Shown here: piece by piece, positions 9,611 through 20,477 of the stretch | How positions within the stretch are numbered: the first letter of the stretch is position 1 | How the letters are laid out: each line of letters begins with the position of its first letter | DNA from: Nitrosomonadales bacterium | Lineage (GTDB): Bacteria; Pseudomonadota; Gammaproteobacteria; Burkholderiales; SG8-39 | Direction: 5' to 3' | Length of the DNA stretch: 64,000 bases | Assembly: GCA_036676355.1 (NCBI GenBank) | Contig: JAKFDA010000085.1 | Location: 14,027-78,026, forward strand | Position numbers and translations under genes: made by a program | The notes under the pieces: generated by a model | Told to the model about the DNA's origin: nothing | What the model saw: the letters and a program-made list of their open reading frames with translations, nothing else | The model's database searches: none

Positions 9611-10623
9611 GTGGTCTCCGGAACTGCGAAGCGCTGAGTGACATGTGCCAGCGCCTCATTACGTACTTCTTCCGCAGCGCGCTCGAGTGCGCGCGCGAAC
9701 GCGATGGGATCGGCCGAGCCGTGGCTTTTGACGACGGTGCCGCGCAGGCCCAGCAAAGTGGCGCCATTGTAACGGCGATGGTCGACGCGCCTGCGAAACG
9801 CCGACAGCACCGGCCATGCCACCAGCGCGGCAAGGCGTGTCAGCGGGTTGCGGGTGAATTCCTCGCGCAGGAAGCGCGCGAGCATTTGCGCCAGTCCCTC
9901 TGAAGTCTTGAGGGCGACATTGCCGACGAAGCCGTCGCACACGATCACGTCGGCCGCACCCTTGTAAATGCCGTCGCCTTCGACGTTGCCGATGAAGTTG
10001 AGGTCCGAGTTACGCAGCAATTCCGCAGCGTGCTTGACGACGTCGTTGCCCTTGATGGCCTCCTCGCCGATGTTGAGCAGGCCTACGGTCGGATGCTCTT
10101 TGTGCTCGACCGCGGCATACAGCGATGAGCCCATCAGGCCGAATTGCAACAGGTGTTCCGGCCCGCAATCGACATTGGCACCGAGGTCGAGCATGTAGGT
10201 GCTGCCGCGCATGGTGGGCAATACGGAAACGATGGCTGGTCGATCGATGCCGGGCAGGGTCTTGAGGACGAAACGCGCGATGGCCATCAGTGCGCCGGTA
10301 TTGCCGGCACTGACACAGGCGTCTGCTTCGCCGTTCTTGACCAGGTCGATGGCGACGCGCATCGAACAATCTTTTTTGTTGCGCAGCGCGAGCGCCGGGG
10401 ACTCGTCCATCGCCACGACTTCGGTCGCGTGATGCACGCGCAATCGCTCGTTCGAAGTGGCTTTCTGTAATGCCAACTGCGCCTGAATGGCACCTTCCTG
10501 TCCGACCAGAATGGCCGAGACGGCGGGATGTGAGGTGAGGAATTGCAGAGCAGCCGGAACCGTCACGGAGGGCCCGTGATCCCCACCCATGCAGTCAATC
10601 GCCAGTCTGACGTTCTTACTCAT
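9607..10623 (-). CDS. plsX: Phosphate acyltransferase PlsX
   Basis: 338 aa. [13 protein letters not shown]-terminus and conserved position between rpmF and fabH. Confidence 0.95.
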   Translation of the reverse strand: MSKNVRLAIDCMGGDHGPSVTVPAALQFLTSHPAVSAILVGQEGAIQAQLALQKATSNERLRVHHATEVVAMDESPALALRNKKDCSMRVAIDLVKNGEADACVSAGNTGALMAIARFVLKTLPGIDRPAIVSVLPTMRGSTYMLDLGANVDCGPEHLLQFGLMGSSLYAAVEHKEHPTVGLLNIGEEAIKGNDVVKHAAELLRNSDLNFIGNVEGDGIYKGAADVIVCDGFVGNVALKTSEGLAQMLARFLREEFTRNPLTRLAALVAWPVLSAFRRRVDHRRYNGATLLGLRGTVVKSHGSADPIAFARALERAAEEVRNEALAHVTQRFAVPETT

Positions 10624-10710
10624 GACGACGATCAGGGTTGCGCCCGGGCACCTGTGCCGAGCGTGCGGCTATCGCAAATCCCCTCCCCCACTTTGTCTGC
10701 CGCGCCGGCT

Positions 10711-10890
10711 TTAGTCGTTCTTTGTTTTGACGACTTTTTTGCCGCGGTAATAGCCGCTCGGGCTGATGTGGTGGCGCAGATGTGTTTCGCCGGTGGACGG
10801 TTCAACGGCCAGTGGCGGGTTGCTGAGAAAATCGTGGGCGCGATGCATGCCGCGCTTGGACGGCGATTTCTTGTTTTGTTGGACGGCCAT
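10711..10890 (-). CDS. rpmF: 50S ribosomal protein L32
   Basis: 59 aa, below the ORF-track cutoff. Read by hand: [59 protein letters not shown]. Confidence 0.9.
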   Translation of the reverse strand: MAVQQNKKSPSKRGMHRAHDFLSNPPLAVEPSTGETHLRHHISPSGYYRGKKVVKTKND

Positions 10891-10994
10891 TTGGCGGCTC
10901 CTTCAACTCGTGGTGCTCAATCTATACACAAGGAACTCCTTGTGCCGCTTTTCGAATCTCCCGTCGCCGTGATACGTACATACGGCGCCGGTGT

Positions 10995-11483
10995 TCAACT
11001 CTCGGGATTTCCCGTTTTCTTCAATGCCGCCAGCGCCGCAAACGGCGATGGCTTCTTTGTCTCCGTCGCATGGGCGCTGCCGCAGCTTTCGTGCATGGGC
11101 ACCATCGGCAGCACGAGAATCAACTCGTCTTCGACCAGCCCGACCGGATCCATGCTCCGCGTTGCCAGGACGCGATCGATATCGTCGTCGGCCGACTCGA
11201 TGAACTGTGGATCGGTTGCCAGCTCCAATTCGCTGCGCACTTCAACGACGTGCTCAACCGAACCGAGGCAACGCTGACAGACCAGTTCCAGCACGCCGTC
11301 GACATCGATGTACAGGCACGGGCGCTGTTCGGCATTCTGCCCACCTTCGATTACATAATCGGCGCGTGCGGCCCTGCAACCCATATCCGCCAGTCGAGGC
11401 AGCGAATCGAGCCTCAAAAGCCCGGAACACCGCGCACGATCGCGTGCGAACTGCAGTCCGTCAATCTGCCCTGCTTGCGACAT
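10995..11483 (-). CDS. yceD: YceD/DUF177 family protein (23S rRNA accumulation protein)
   Basis: 162 aa. Conserved position upstream of rpmF-plsX. CQRCL...acidic C-terminus pattern typical of DUF177. Confidence 0.8.
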   Translation of the reverse strand: MSQAGQIDGLQFARDRARCSGLLRLDSLPRLADMGCRAARADYVIEGGQNAEQRPCLYIDVDGVLELVCQRCLGSVEHVVEVRSELELATDPQFIESADDDIDRVLATRSMDPVGLVEDELILVLPMVPMHESCGSAHATETKKPSPFAALAALKKTGNPES

Positions 11484-11586
11484 AAGCGCGGGATGATATT
11501 ATTTTTGCCTCACAGTCGTCAAAAAAATCATAGAGGTAGCGCGCTTTTCGCGACACGGCGACGACCGCGGCCCTCGGCCCGCATCC

Positions 11587-12171
11587 ATGACTCCCGTCCG
11601 ACTCGTTCTTGCTTCGACCTCCCCCTATCGCCGCACCCTGCTCGAGCGGCTCCGGCTGCCCTTCACGGTGGCCCGACCCGAGGTCGACGAAACGCCGCGA
11701 CCCTGCGAGCAGCCGGCCGCGCTGGCTTTGCGCCTATCCGAAGAGAAGGCGCTTGCGGTGGCGGCCGCGTATCCGGATTCATTGCTGATCGGCTCCGATC
11801 AGGTCGCCGTTCTCGACGGAGTCCCGTTGTCCAAGCCGTTGAGCCATGCCAATGCCGTGGCGCAGTTGAAGGCCATGCGCGGCAAGGAAATCGAGTTCCT
11901 GACCGGACTGTCGGTTCATAGCACTGTCACCGGCCGGACGCGCAGTCGCCTAATGCGCTACGCGGTGCGCTTCCGCAACTATTCCGACGAGACGATCGAG
12001 CGTTATCTGCGCGCGGAAGAACCTTACGATTGCGCCGGCAGCGCGAAGGCCGAAGGACTCGGCATTGTTTTGATTGCCGGCATGGCCGGTGACGATCCGA
12101 ACGCATTGATCGGCCTGCCGCTTATCGCGCTGGTCGATCTACTGGCGGAACACGGCTTCGACGTTCTATGA
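11587..12171 (+). CDS. maf: Maf-like nucleoside triphosphate pyrophosphatase
   Basis: 194 aa. LVLASTSPYRRTLLERL N-terminus, GSDQV, KAEGLG motifs. Divergent from yceD as in many proteobacteria. Confidence 0.85.
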   Translation: MTPVRLVLASTSPYRRTLLERLRLPFTVARPEVDETPRPCEQPAALALRLSEEKALAVAAAYPDSLLIGSDQVAVLDGVPLSKPLSHANAVAQLKAMRGKEIEFLTGLSVHSTVTGRTRSRLMRYAVRFRNYSDETIERYLRAEEPYDCAGSAKAEGLGIVLIAGMAGDDPNALIGLPLIALVDLLAEHGFDVL

Positions 12172-12878
12172 GCAGCACGCTCTATCTCATTCCCGGTCCG
12201 ATGGGCGGCGACACGCTGGCCGACATCCTGCCAGCGGCGGTCATTGAGCGGTTGCGCGCGCTGGACTATTTCATCGCCGAACACCCCAAGAACGCCCGCG
12301 CCTTCATCAAGCTCGCCAATTCTCCTCGCGCCATTGCCTCGCTGAAAATCGAAAGTATTTCGTCCGACACAGCCGACGATGAACTCGAGCGGTTGTTGGC
12401 ACCGCTGCAGGCAGGACAGGATGCGGGGCTGGTTTCAGACGCCGGTGCGCCGGCCGTTGCCGATCCCGGCGCTCGGCTGGTGGCACGCGCACATGCGTTG
12501 GGGATTCGTGTGGCGCCGCTGGTGGGACCCTCGTCGATCCTGCTCGCCCTGATGGCCTCGGGCCTCGACGGCCAGCAATTCGCTTTTCACGGCTACTTGC
12601 CCGTCGATGAGCCGATGCTGGTCGAACGGCTGCGCGATCTGGAACGACAATCGCGCGCGGCGCATGCGACGCAACTCTTCATCGAAACCCCGTATCGCAA
12701 CGATCGCCTGATGCGCGTCCTGCTGGCGACTTGCGCACCGGGCACGCGAGTGTGCGTCGCGACGCATCTGACCCTGCCCGATGAAGCGGTAATGACAAAG
12801 ACCGTGCGTGAATGGCGCAAGGCGCCGCCGAATATCGGCAAGCGCCCGACCGTTTTTCTGTTGCTCGCCGGCGCCTGA
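12168..12878 (+). CDS. SAM-dependent methyltransferase, tetrapyrrole-methylase (TP_methylase) superfamily
   Basis: 236 aa. LYLIPGPMGG N-terminus, SDAGAPAVADPG and ETPYR motifs resembling RsmI-like/TP-methylase proteins. 4-nt overlap with maf. Confidence 0.65.
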   Translation: MSSTLYLIPGPMGGDTLADILPAAVIERLRALDYFIAEHPKNARAFIKLANSPRAIASLKIESISSDTADDELERLLAPLQAGQDAGLVSDAGAPAVADPGARLVARAHALGIRVAPLVGPSSILLALMASGLDGQQFAFHGYLPVDEPMLVERLRDLERQSRAAHATQLFIETPYRNDRLMRVLLATCAPGTRVCVATHLTLPDEAVMTKTVREWRKAPPNIGKRPTVFLLLAGA

Positions 12879-12884
12879 CCCGCC

Positions 12885-13820
12885 TTAGCGCAACGCGCCC
12901 TCGGTCAACATGGACTTGAAGCCCTTCGCCATGGTGGCGCCGAAACGTTTGGCGAAGCGCTGAGCCAACCCTTCGCGCTGCGTGAAGTCGGCCACCTGTT
13001 CCGCCTTGATGACGTCTCGCGCCACCGTGTTCACGTTTCCAAGGTCATCGGCCAGCCCCAATTCCACACTGCGCGCGCCGGTCCAGATCAGTCCGCTGAA
13101 AATGCCGGGCGCATCCTTCAGACGGGTGCCGCGCCCTTGCTTGACCGCGTCGATGAATTGCGTGTGTATTTCGTCCAGCATCACTTGCGCATGCTGCACA
13201 TGCTCGGGCTTGAGCGGCGAAAACGGATCGAGGAAGGCCTTGTTGTCGCCGGACGTCATGACGCGCCGTTCGACGCCGAGCTTGTCGATCACTTCGACGA
13301 AACCGAACTGATCCATGACCACGCCGATCGAGCCGACCAGGCTGGCTTTATCCACATAAATACGATCGGTCGCGGCGGCGATGTAATAGCCGCCGGAAGC
13401 GCAGACGTCCTCCACCACCGCATAGATCGGGATATCCGGGTGCGCACCGCGCAGGCGACGGATCTCGTCATAGATGATGCCGGCCTGGACCGGGCTGCCG
13501 CCCGGGCTGTTGATGCGCACAATGACGCCCTTGGTATTGCTGTCCTTGAAGGCGGCCTGCAGCGAAGTGGTGACGTTTTCTGCGCTGGCGTCGCCGTCCG
13601 TGTCGATCACGCCATCGATATCGACCAGTGCCGTATGGCCACCCGCAAGTTCGGTTGCCGGCACCCAGTCGAACAGCATCACCACCAGCACGGTGATATA
13701 GGCGAGTGTCGCGAGCTTGAAGAAGATGCCCCAACGCCGTGCGCGCCGCTGTTCCTTCAATGCGCCGAACGCCAGCCGTTCGAGTACGCTGCGCTCCCAG
13801 TTTCTGTCCTCGTCCGCCAT
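12885..13820 (-). CDS. sppA: Signal peptide peptidase SppA (S49 peptidase, 36K type)
   Basis: 311 aa. N-terminal TM, INSPGGSPVQAG, CASGGYYIA, SIGV motifs. Confidence 0.85.
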   Translation of the reverse strand: MADEDRNWERSVLERLAFGALKEQRRARRWGIFFKLATLAYITVLVVMLFDWVPATELAGGHTALVDIDGVIDTDGDASAENVTTSLQAAFKDSNTKGVIVRINSPGGSPVQAGIIYDEIRRLRGAHPDIPIYAVVEDVCASGGYYIAAATDRIYVDKASLVGSIGVVMDQFGFVEVIDKLGVERRVMTSGDNKAFLDPFSPLKPEHVQHAQVMLDEIHTQFIDAVKQGRGTRLKDAPGIFSGLIWTGARSVELGLADDLGNVNTVARDVIKAEQVADFTQREGLAQRFAKRFGATMAKGFKSMLTEGALR

Positions 13821-13830
13821 AACCGTTCCT

Positions 13831-14181
13831 TCAAGAATCCTGTTTCAATTCGATGCGGCCGTCGCGCTCTTCAACCGCGATCGGTATCAATCGTCCGCCA
13901 CGACAGGGGCCGCTCAGGCATACGCCCGACGCGGGATCGTACAGCGCGCCATGGGTGGCGCATATCAGCAAACCTGTTTCCGGATCGAAGAACCGGCCTT
14001 CCTGCCAATCCAGTTGCACACCGACATGCGCGCAGCGGTTGAGATACGCACGCACCTCGCCGGCGTGCCGGATGACAAACGCGGGGTTCTGTCCGCCTTC
14101 GCCGTCGACTTCGAAGCGCACGCCCGGCCCGTCGTCGATGAGCGCGGCGCTGGCGCAAATCACGCGTTCGTTCTGAGCCAT
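13831..14181 (-). CDS. Rieske [2Fe-2S] domain protein
   Basis: 116 aa. CAHVGVQLD ... CATHGALYD equals the CxH...CxxH Rieske ligands. Confidence 0.8.
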   Translation of the reverse strand: MAQNERVICASAALIDDGPGVRFEVDGEGGQNPAFVIRHAGEVRAYLNRCAHVGVQLDWQEGRFFDPETGLLICATHGALYDPASGVCLSGPCRGGRLIPIAVEERDGRIELKQDS

Positions 14182-14816
14182 TGATGCAGGTCGGTCATGG
14201 AATCGAGCATCGCAAGCGAATCCATGCGAATCAGCTCATCGGACGGATGCGCGCCGTAGGTCACCGCCACGGCCGACACGCCGGCGTTGGCGGCCATGCC
14301 GAGATCGTGCGTCGTATCGCCGATCATCAAAGTGCGTTCCCGATCGGCGCCCAGCTCCTCGATCAATTCAAGGAGCATGTCGGGTGCCGGCTTGGGCGTG
14401 CACTGATCGGCGCAGCGCGTGGCGACGAAGCGCTGCTCCAAGCCGGTGTTCTCCAGCGCGCGCGTCAGACCTGCCCGGCTTTTACCCGTGGCAACCGCTA
14501 GCAGATGGCCACGGTTTTCCAGTTCGGCCAGCATTTCGAGTGTGCCGGCGAACAGCGGCAGATCCGGATCGCGCTGAAACCAGTGGAAGCGATAGCGCTC
14601 GATCATCTTCGTGTAGTCGCTCGCCGGCAGTCCCGGGCAGGCGTAAGCCATGGCGTCGTGCAAGCCGAGTCCGATGACGTGACTGGCGCGCTGATCATCG
14701 GGCACCGGCAATTCCAGATCGCGGCAGGCGTTCTGAATCGAGGCGACGATGGCAGCCGCTGAATCCATCAGCGTGCCATCCCAATCGAAAACAACAAGAT
14801 CAAAGCGTTGCGGCAT
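14160..14816 (-). CDS. HAD-IA hydrolase (phosphoglycolate-phosphatase-like)
   Basis: 218 aa. VVFDWDGTL (DxDxT), ATGKSR, IGDTTHD motifs. Confidence 0.8.
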   Translation of the reverse strand: MPQRFDLVVFDWDGTLMDSAAAIVASIQNACRDLELPVPDDQRASHVIGLGLHDAMAYACPGLPASDYTKMIERYRFHWFQRDPDLPLFAGTLEMLAELENRGHLLAVATGKSRAGLTRALENTGLEQRFVATRCADQCTPKPAPDMLLELIEELGADRERTLMIGDTTHDLGMAANAGVSAVAVTYGAHPSDELIRMDSLAMLDSMTDLHQWLRTNA

Positions 14817-15798
14817 GTTCTACAGTATTCACTTCAAGAAAGGTGGCCAGATCGGCAGGCAGTGGCGCCTGCAGTTCCAGCGGCACCTCGGTCAGCGGAT
14901 GGATCATGCGCAATTCCGCGGCATGCAGGAACATCCGCTTCAATCCCGCTTTGGACAAAGCGCGATTCAATTCGAAATCGCCGTATTTATCATCGCCGAG
15001 GATGGGAAACCCCAGATGCGCGAGATGCACCCGTATCTGGTGCGTGCGGCCGGTATCGAGAATGGCGCGCAACAAAGTGTAGGGGCCGGCCGCCTGAACG
15101 AATTCGAAGCGTGTGCGGGCCGCGACGCCTTCCTTGTCTACGCTTACGCGCCGCTCTCCCTCTTTAGTCAGATACTTGCGTAAGGAAAGAGAGATATTAC
15201 GTGAGCTCTGCTCCCACATCCCTTTGACCATGGCGAAGTAGGCTTTGTGCACCTCGCCGTCGCGCATGGCGGTGTGCAGGCGGGTCAGCGCCGAGCGTTT
15301 CTTGGCCAGCATGAGCAGGCCGGAAGTTTCCTTGTCGAGCCGATGCACCAGCTCGAGAAAACGGCAATTCGGCCGCGCCGCGCGTAACTGCTCTATGACA
15401 CCGAAACTGATGCCGCTGCCGCCGTGGACGGCAACACCGGCCGGCTTGTTGATGACAAGCAGCGCATCATCCTCGTATACGACGGGAAAGCCCGGATCGG
15501 GACGAGCCTTCGGCGTTGCCTTGGGCGCCGCGGTCCGAACCGGCGGGATGCGGACCTTGTCGCCCACCTGCAGGCGGTAGGTCGCATCGATGCGACCGCT
15601 GTTGACCCGAACTTCCCCGGAGCGCAGCAGCCGGTAAATATGGCTGCGCGGCACGCCCTTCAATTCGCGCAGCAGGAAGTTGTCGATACGCTGATCGGCG
15701 CTCTGCTCGTCGACCGCCACGACCGACACCTGTGGCGCCGATCGGGAAGACGGCCGCGTGGGCGAAGATCGTTGCAATGCCTTTTTTAAATCCTTCAT
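14800..15798 (-). CDS. rluC: 23S rRNA pseudouridine synthase (RluC-like, RluA family)
   Basis: S4 domain (QRIDNFLLRELKGVPRSHIYRLLRSGEVRVN) plus the HRLDKETSGLL catalytic motif. Divergent from rne as in E. coli. Start placed at ATG 15798 (MKDLKK); the track start at 15852 is a TTG, so the start is uncertain. Confidence 0.85.
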   Translation of the reverse strand: MKDLKKALQRSSPTRPSSRSAPQVSVVAVDEQSADQRIDNFLLRELKGVPRSHIYRLLRSGEVRVNSGRIDATYRLQVGDKVRIPPVRTAAPKATPKARPDPGFPVVYEDDALLVINKPAGVAVHGGSGISFGVIEQLRAARPNCRFLELVHRLDKETSGLLMLAKKRSALTRLHTAMRDGEVHKAYFAMVKGMWEQSSRNISLSLRKYLTKEGERRVSVDKEGVAARTRFEFVQAAGPYTLLRAILDTGRTHQIRVHLAHLGFPILGDDKYGDFELNRALSKAGLKRMFLHAAELRMIHPLTEVPLELQAPLPADLATFLEVNTVEHAATL

Positions 15799-16403
15799 TC
15801 TGCTTATACTCGGACCGCTGCCTTCGATCGCGGGACAGCGGCCCAAAGGCAAGGAATGCCTGCGCCGCCAGCACGTCCCCGGCCATCGGGAGGTCTGCGA
15901 AACAGCGACATCGTGTTATGAGACAGCGAAGCCTGCGAGCGCCGGAGTGGCGCTAACGCTTTGTAAGGCATCGCATCGAGGAGAACATGGGTTGCTTCAT
16001 GCAGAGCTTCTTAATGCCGCGAAGTTGGGCTGGTCCACTGTTAGAAGCCCTTCAGCTGGTTAACTCGCTCACCAGAAGTAGCGATGGTAATTCATTTCAG
16101 CGCGACGGAATCACTACGGAAGTTCTGATCAATCGCTTTCGCATGTGGTGTCGCAGGTTATTGGCCGATTTGATGCGTTGCTCGACGATGTCGCCGCTCG
16201 CCCCGCCAAGCCCCTGTGCGATCTATGCACCGGTTCTACAGACTCTTCCTAGCCGATTCGCGCCGCCGACATACGGGCGGCGCATGAAGCACAGACAAAC
16301 CTCACTGACCAACGTACCCACTCAACCGTACACAAAGACGATGTAGATCACGTCCAAAACGTCAGCGGCGTTTAGTCCTGCCCGCGCGCAGGAGAAGAAC
16401 TAA
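15799..16403 (+). promoter_or_regulatory. rluC/rne divergent promoter region and long rne 5-prime leader
   Basis: About 600 nt without credible coding. It is visibly less GC-rich than its surroundings and lies directly upstream of rne. E. coli rne has a long structured autoregulatory leader. Confidence 0.4.
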
Positions 16404-19199
16404 ATGAAGCGCATGCTGTTCAATGCGACGCAAGCCGAGGAACTCCGCGTTGCGATCGTCGATGGTCAGAAACTGATCGACCTCGACATCGAATCGGCCA
16501 GTAAAGAGCAACGTAAGAGCAACATTTATAAAGGCGTCATCACCCGCGTAGAACCCAGTCTTGAAGCCGCGTTCGTCGATTACGGCACCGAACGTCACGG
16601 CTTTCTGCCCTTCAAGGAAATCGCTCGCGCGTACTTCAAGCGCGACGCCGATCCCGGCCGTGCCCGCATCCAGGACGTCATCGATGAGGGCACCGAACTC
16701 ATCGTGCAAGTCGAGAAGGACGAACGCGGCACCAAGGGTGCGGCGCTCACCACCTTCATCAGCCTCGCCGGTCGTTATCTCGTCCTGATGCCGAACAATC
16801 CGCGCGGCGGCGGCGTATCGCGTCGCGTGGAAGGCGAAGAGCGCAACGAACTGCGCGACATCATGGATCGCCTGCCCGTGCCGCAAGGCATGAGCATCAT
16901 CGGGCGTACCGCCGGCATCAGCCGCAGCTTCGAAGAGCTGGAGTGGGATCTCAACTACCTGCTCAAGCTGTGGGGCAAGATCGTCGAGGCCTCCGAGCCG
17001 CAGAAGGACGATCACAACAAGCTGATCAATCCCGCGCCCTACCTGATCTACCAGGAATCCAGCCTGGTGATCCGCGCCATCCGCGATTACTTCCAGCCCG
17101 ACATCGGCGAAATCCTCATCGATACCGACGCGATCTTTGAACAGACCGCGGCGTTCATGAGCAACGTCATGCCGGACAACATCAATCGCGTGAAGCGTTA
17201 TCAGGACGATATTCCGCTGTTCTCGCGTTTCCAGATCGAGCATCAGATCGAGACGGCCTACTCGCGTCAGGTTTCATTGCCGGCGGGCGGCGCGATCGTC
17301 ATCGATCACACCGAAGCGCTGGTGTCCGTGGACGTGAACTCGGCGCGCGCCACCAAAGGCGGCGACATCGAGGAGACGGCGTTCCGCACCAACCTCGAAG
17401 CGGCCGAGGAAATCGCCCGTCAGTTGCGCTTGCGCGACCTGGGCGGCCTGATCGTCATCGACTTCATCGACATGGAAAGCCAGCGCAATCAGCGCGAAGT
17501 CGAGAACCGGCTGCGTGAAGCGTTGCGTTTCGATCGCGCCCGCGTGCAGATGGGCAAGATCTCGCGCTTCGGCCTCATGGAACTGTCACGTCAGCGCCTG
17601 CGCCCGGCGCTCGGCGAAGGCAGCACCATGACCTGCCCGCGCTGTAACGGCACCGGTCATATCCGTGGCGTCGAATCCACCGCCCTGCACATCCTGCGCA
17701 TCATTCAGGAAGAGGCGATGAAGGAAAACAGCGCCGCCGTGCACGCTCAGGTCCCGGTCGATGTGGCGACTTTCCTGCTGAATGAAAAGCGCGGCGAGAT
17801 TCACTCGGTCGAGGCGCGCCTGAAAGTGAACGTTGTGCTTATCCCCAATGTTCATCTGGAAACACCCCACTACAGCATCGAGCGCCTGCGCCACGACGAC
17901 CTGAACCAGGAAGGCGTACTGCCGGCAAGTTACAACCTGGTCGACGTACCGGTCGAGGAGAAGGTCGCGGCGGTAAACGGAAAGGAAGATCGTCCGGCGC
18001 GCCCACAGGCTGCGGTGCGAGGCGTCACCCCCGAACAACCGGCGCCGATGGCGGCCCGCCCCGCTGCGTCGGCCACAACGGAAGACGCGCGATCGGGCAT
18101 TATCGACCGCATTTTCGGCTGGTTCCGCCGGGTCGAAAGCACTCCCGCACCGGCTGTCCCCGTCAAGGCGACCCCGACCGGCGGCCGAGGTCGCAGCGAG
18201 CCGCGGCGCGAACGTCCGGAACACAGTCGTGATCGCGGGCAGGAGCCGCGTCAGCGCGATCGTCAGCCGCGCGGTGAACGTCAAGCGCGCGGCCAGGAGC
18301 CCCAGCAGCGTCAACCACGCGAGCCGCGTCCGCCGCGTGAAGCGCGCGAGCCGCGCGAACAACGCGAGCAGAAACAGGAGTCGCGCACCCCGGAACGTCA
18401 ACGCGAGCCGCGCGAGCCGCGCGAACCGCGTGGCGAGGGGCAGCATTCGCATCAACAGCGACAGCGCCAACCCAAAGCCGAGCAGCAACAGGCTGTGCCG
18501 GCCGGTACCAACGGTCAGGCGGCACCGGTTGTTGCAGGAGAAGACGGCGAGCGCGACCGTCGTCGTCGCCGTGGCCGTCGCGGTCGCGGAGGCGATCGTG
18601 GCGAACGCCAAGCCGAACAACGGCCGCAAAGCGAGGTAACAGACTCGACCGAAGCGTTGGCCACGCCTGCCGCGCCGATCGCCGCCGTATCGCCAGCCAT
18701 TGAGCCGGCAGCGCAACTCGGCCATGCCGTGCCGGTGGAAGAAGCGCAATCCGAAGTGCAACGCGGCGTAACTGTCGGTGAACTCGGCGACGAGCTCATC
18801 GCTCGGCATGAAGAAGCGCCGGCGGTTCCACAGACGCGGATCGAGCCACAGGAAGCGGAAGAGCAAGTTCATTCGTACGCTGCCCCCGCCCTTGCGACGG
18901 AAGAGCAAGCAGCAGCGCCGGAAGTGCCGGCGCCTGTGGCACCCGCGCCGGTCGAAGTCTCACCGTCGACCGTTGAGGCCCCGGTGACACCGGTTACACC
19001 GCCACGCGTCAGCACCCCTCCGGCCAATCCGGATGAAGTGTTGAAAGACAGCGGTCTGGTGTTGATCGAGACCAAGGCGACCAGCGTGCAGCCGACAGCC
19101 GACCTCGAAGCGGTGCAACCGCAAGCCCCACGCCGGCGTCGTGAACGTCGGCCGCCGCCCCCCAGCGAGCCGCTGCAGCAAGTGGAAACGCACAAGTAA
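16404..19199 (+). CDS. rne: Ribonuclease E
   Basis: 931 aa. [31 protein letters not shown]...[23 protein letters not shown]1 and catalytic N-terminal half, CPRCNGTG Zn-link. C-terminal half is Arg/Pro/Glu-rich low complexity. Confidence 0.95.
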   Translation: MKRMLFNATQAEELRVAIVDGQKLIDLDIESASKEQRKSNIYKGVITRVEPSLEAAFVDYGTERHGFLPFKEIARAYFKRDADPGRARIQDVIDEGTELIVQVEKDERGTKGAALTTFISLAGRYLVLMPNNPRGGGVSRRVEGEERNELRDIMDRLPVPQGMSIIGRTAGISRSFEELEWDLNYLLKLWGKIVEASEPQKDDHNKLINPAPYLIYQESSLVIRAIRDYFQPDIGEILIDTDAIFEQTAAFMSNVMPDNINRVKRYQDDIPLFSRFQIEHQIETAYSRQVSLPAGGAIVIDHTEALVSVDVNSARATKGGDIEETAFRTNLEAAEEIARQLRLRDLGGLIVIDFIDMESQRNQREVENRLREALRFDRARVQMGKISRFGLMELSRQRLRPALGEGSTMTCPRCNGTGHIRGVESTALHILRIIQEEAMKENSAAVHAQVPVDVATFLLNEKRGEIHSVEARLKVNVVLIPNVHLETPHYSIERLRHDDLNQEGVLPASYNLVDVPVEEKVAAVNGKEDRPARPQAAVRGVTPEQPAPMAARPAASATTEDARSGIIDRIFGWFRRVESTPAPAVPVKATPTGGRGRSEPRRERPEHSRDRGQEPRQRDRQPRGERQARGQEPQQRQPREPRPPREAREPREQREQKQESRTPERQREPREPREPRGEGQHSHQQRQRQPKAEQQQAVPAGTNGQAAPVVAGEDGERDRRRRRGRRGRGGDRGERQAEQRPQSEVTDSTEALATPAAPIAAVSPAIEPAAQLGHAVPVEEAQSEVQRGVTVGELGDELIARHEEAPAVPQTRIEPQEAEEQVHSYAAPALATEEQAAAPEVPAPVAPAPVEVSPSTVEAPVTPVTPPRVSTPPANPDEVLKDSGLVLIETKATSVQPTADLEAVQPQAPRRRRERRPPPPSEPLQQVETHK

Positions 19200-19219
19200 A
19201 AGCAAGAGTCGGAAACTGC

Positions 19220-19250
19220 AAAGCCGCCTGAGCGATCAGGCGGCTTTCTT
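19220..19250. terminator. Hairpin terminator between convergent rne and the lipoprotein gene
   Basis: aaagccgcctg-agcgat-caggcggcttt followed by ctt. Perfect 11-bp stem flanked by A-run and T-run. Confidence 0.55.
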
Positions 19251-19338
19251 ATGGGCCCGACCCCTTCTGCCCGAGGCGTCGACACCTTCTCCTGAGAAAA
19301 AGGTGAACCGACCTGCAAGCAGGCGCAGGCTTGTAGCG

Positions 19339-20037
19339 CTAACGAGGCGCGATAAACCGCGCCGCTTCAGCCGCGGAGCGCTGCGCCCATTGATCCATCA
19401 GCTTCTTCAACTGATCCACGGTGACCTGGCGTCCGGCGTTGCCCTGTTTGGTGACACGCTCGCCGCTGCCGCGACGCAGCCCGGAATAGAGCCGCTCATC
19501 GGTCATGCTGTCGCTCACCTTCGCCTCGACCTGGATCACTGCGTCCTCGGGGCGGCCGCCGGTCGCTGCCGCTTTCGCACCGGTGGCGACCAGTGCGATG
19601 GGGAGGTATTGATAGGGTTTCAGGTCTTCGGTCTCACTGCCCACCGCCGTAAGCGCGACATTGATGCGCGCCACGCCTTGCCCCGGTTGCGGCACGAGCG
19701 TGAAGCGCTTGCCGAACTCGCGTCGCAAGGCCTGATTCATGTAGTCGCGAATCGCTTCGAGCTGTTGCTGACTCACTTCTTCGCTCGGTCGCGGCTGCGG
19801 ATAAAATGTCACCGGTTCGAGCAGAACGGCCTGATAGCGGGTCGCCGTGAATTTCGGGTTCACGTAGCGGAAGATCGGCTCGCCCGCCGCAGTCTTGTCC
19901 TCACGTAGCTTGGAGTAGTCGCCGAGGTAGCCCGAATAGTGCTCGGGTTTTGCTCCCCCGGGCGAACTCGCGCACCCCGCGACCATCGCGGCGACGAAGA
20001 GGCCGAGACACGCTGCGTGGAATGATCCTCGTTTCAT
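19339..20037 (-). CDS. Lipoprotein, DUF3313-like
   Basis: 232 aa. Lipobox MVAGC. YSGYLGDYSKLRED...YVNPKF..TRYQAVLLEPVTFY matches my memory of the DUF3313 pattern. Confidence 0.6.
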   Translation of the reverse strand: MKRGSFHAACLGLFVAAMVAGCASSPGGAKPEHYSGYLGDYSKLREDKTAAGEPIFRYVNPKFTATRYQAVLLEPVTFYPQPRPSEEVSQQQLEAIRDYMNQALRREFGKRFTLVPQPGQGVARINVALTAVGSETEDLKPYQYLPIALVATGAKAAATGGRPEDAVIQVEAKVSDSMTDERLYSGLRRGSGERVTKQGNAGRQVTVDQLKKLMDQWAQRSAAEAARFIAPR

Positions 20038-20075
20038 GATGGTTCCTTTCGTTTACGTTTATCGATTGGCGGCGA

Positions 20076-20477
20076 TCACGGCGTCGTACACGCCCCGAAC
20101 ACCGCAAACACGCCGTTCGCGTTCGTCAACGTGGCCACCATGCGCCCATCCGTTTGATCGACGGTGATGGTCCAGGCATAGCCGAGTTCGGAACCTCGAA
20201 GGATCATCTGCTCTCCGTCGGTCTCCATGGATTGAATGGCCGATGTGCGCTTCTCTCCGAGCACGGTTTTATTCGCGAAGTCCAGGCGCATGAAAGGCGG
20301 CGCGCCGATGTCGGATGGCGTACCGGAAATGCACCTGCCTTCGACGCAGTCGACGGCGGTTACCGACGCACAAAGCAAAGGCTTCGAGGCATCGAAATCG
20401 GCTGCGTATGCGCTCGCGGCGCAAGCTGTCGCAAGCAGTGCGAAGGGAAGCTTGAATGGCATGCCGGCTCCTTTCAT
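20076..20477 (-). CDS. Small secreted protein of unknown function
   Basis: Track ORF 20076..20900 trimmed to MKGAGMPFKLPFALLATACAASAYA (signal peptide). The start ATG overlaps the upstream stop (ATGA at 20474-20477). Mature part has four Cys. Confidence 0.55.
   Translation of the reverse strand: MKGAGMPFKLPFALLATACAASAYAADFDASKPLLCASVTAVDCVEGRCISGTPSDIGAPPFMRLDFANKTVLGEKRTSAIQSMETDGEQMILRGSELGYAWTITVDQTDGRMVATLTNANGVFAVFGACTTP

Noticed and set aside
15987-16346. 119-aa ORF in the rne leader.
   Set aside because: No RBS. The Cys/Arg/Ser/Pro-rich composition has no motifs. It lies in a region better explained as a structured 5-prime UTR.
18180-18640. Reiterated cgcgagccgcg-type DNA units that could be mistaken for a tandem-repeat or CRISPR-like locus.
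   Set aside because: They are in frame within rne and encode its Arg-Pro-Glu low-complexity scaffold. The units are short, degenerate and lack spacers.
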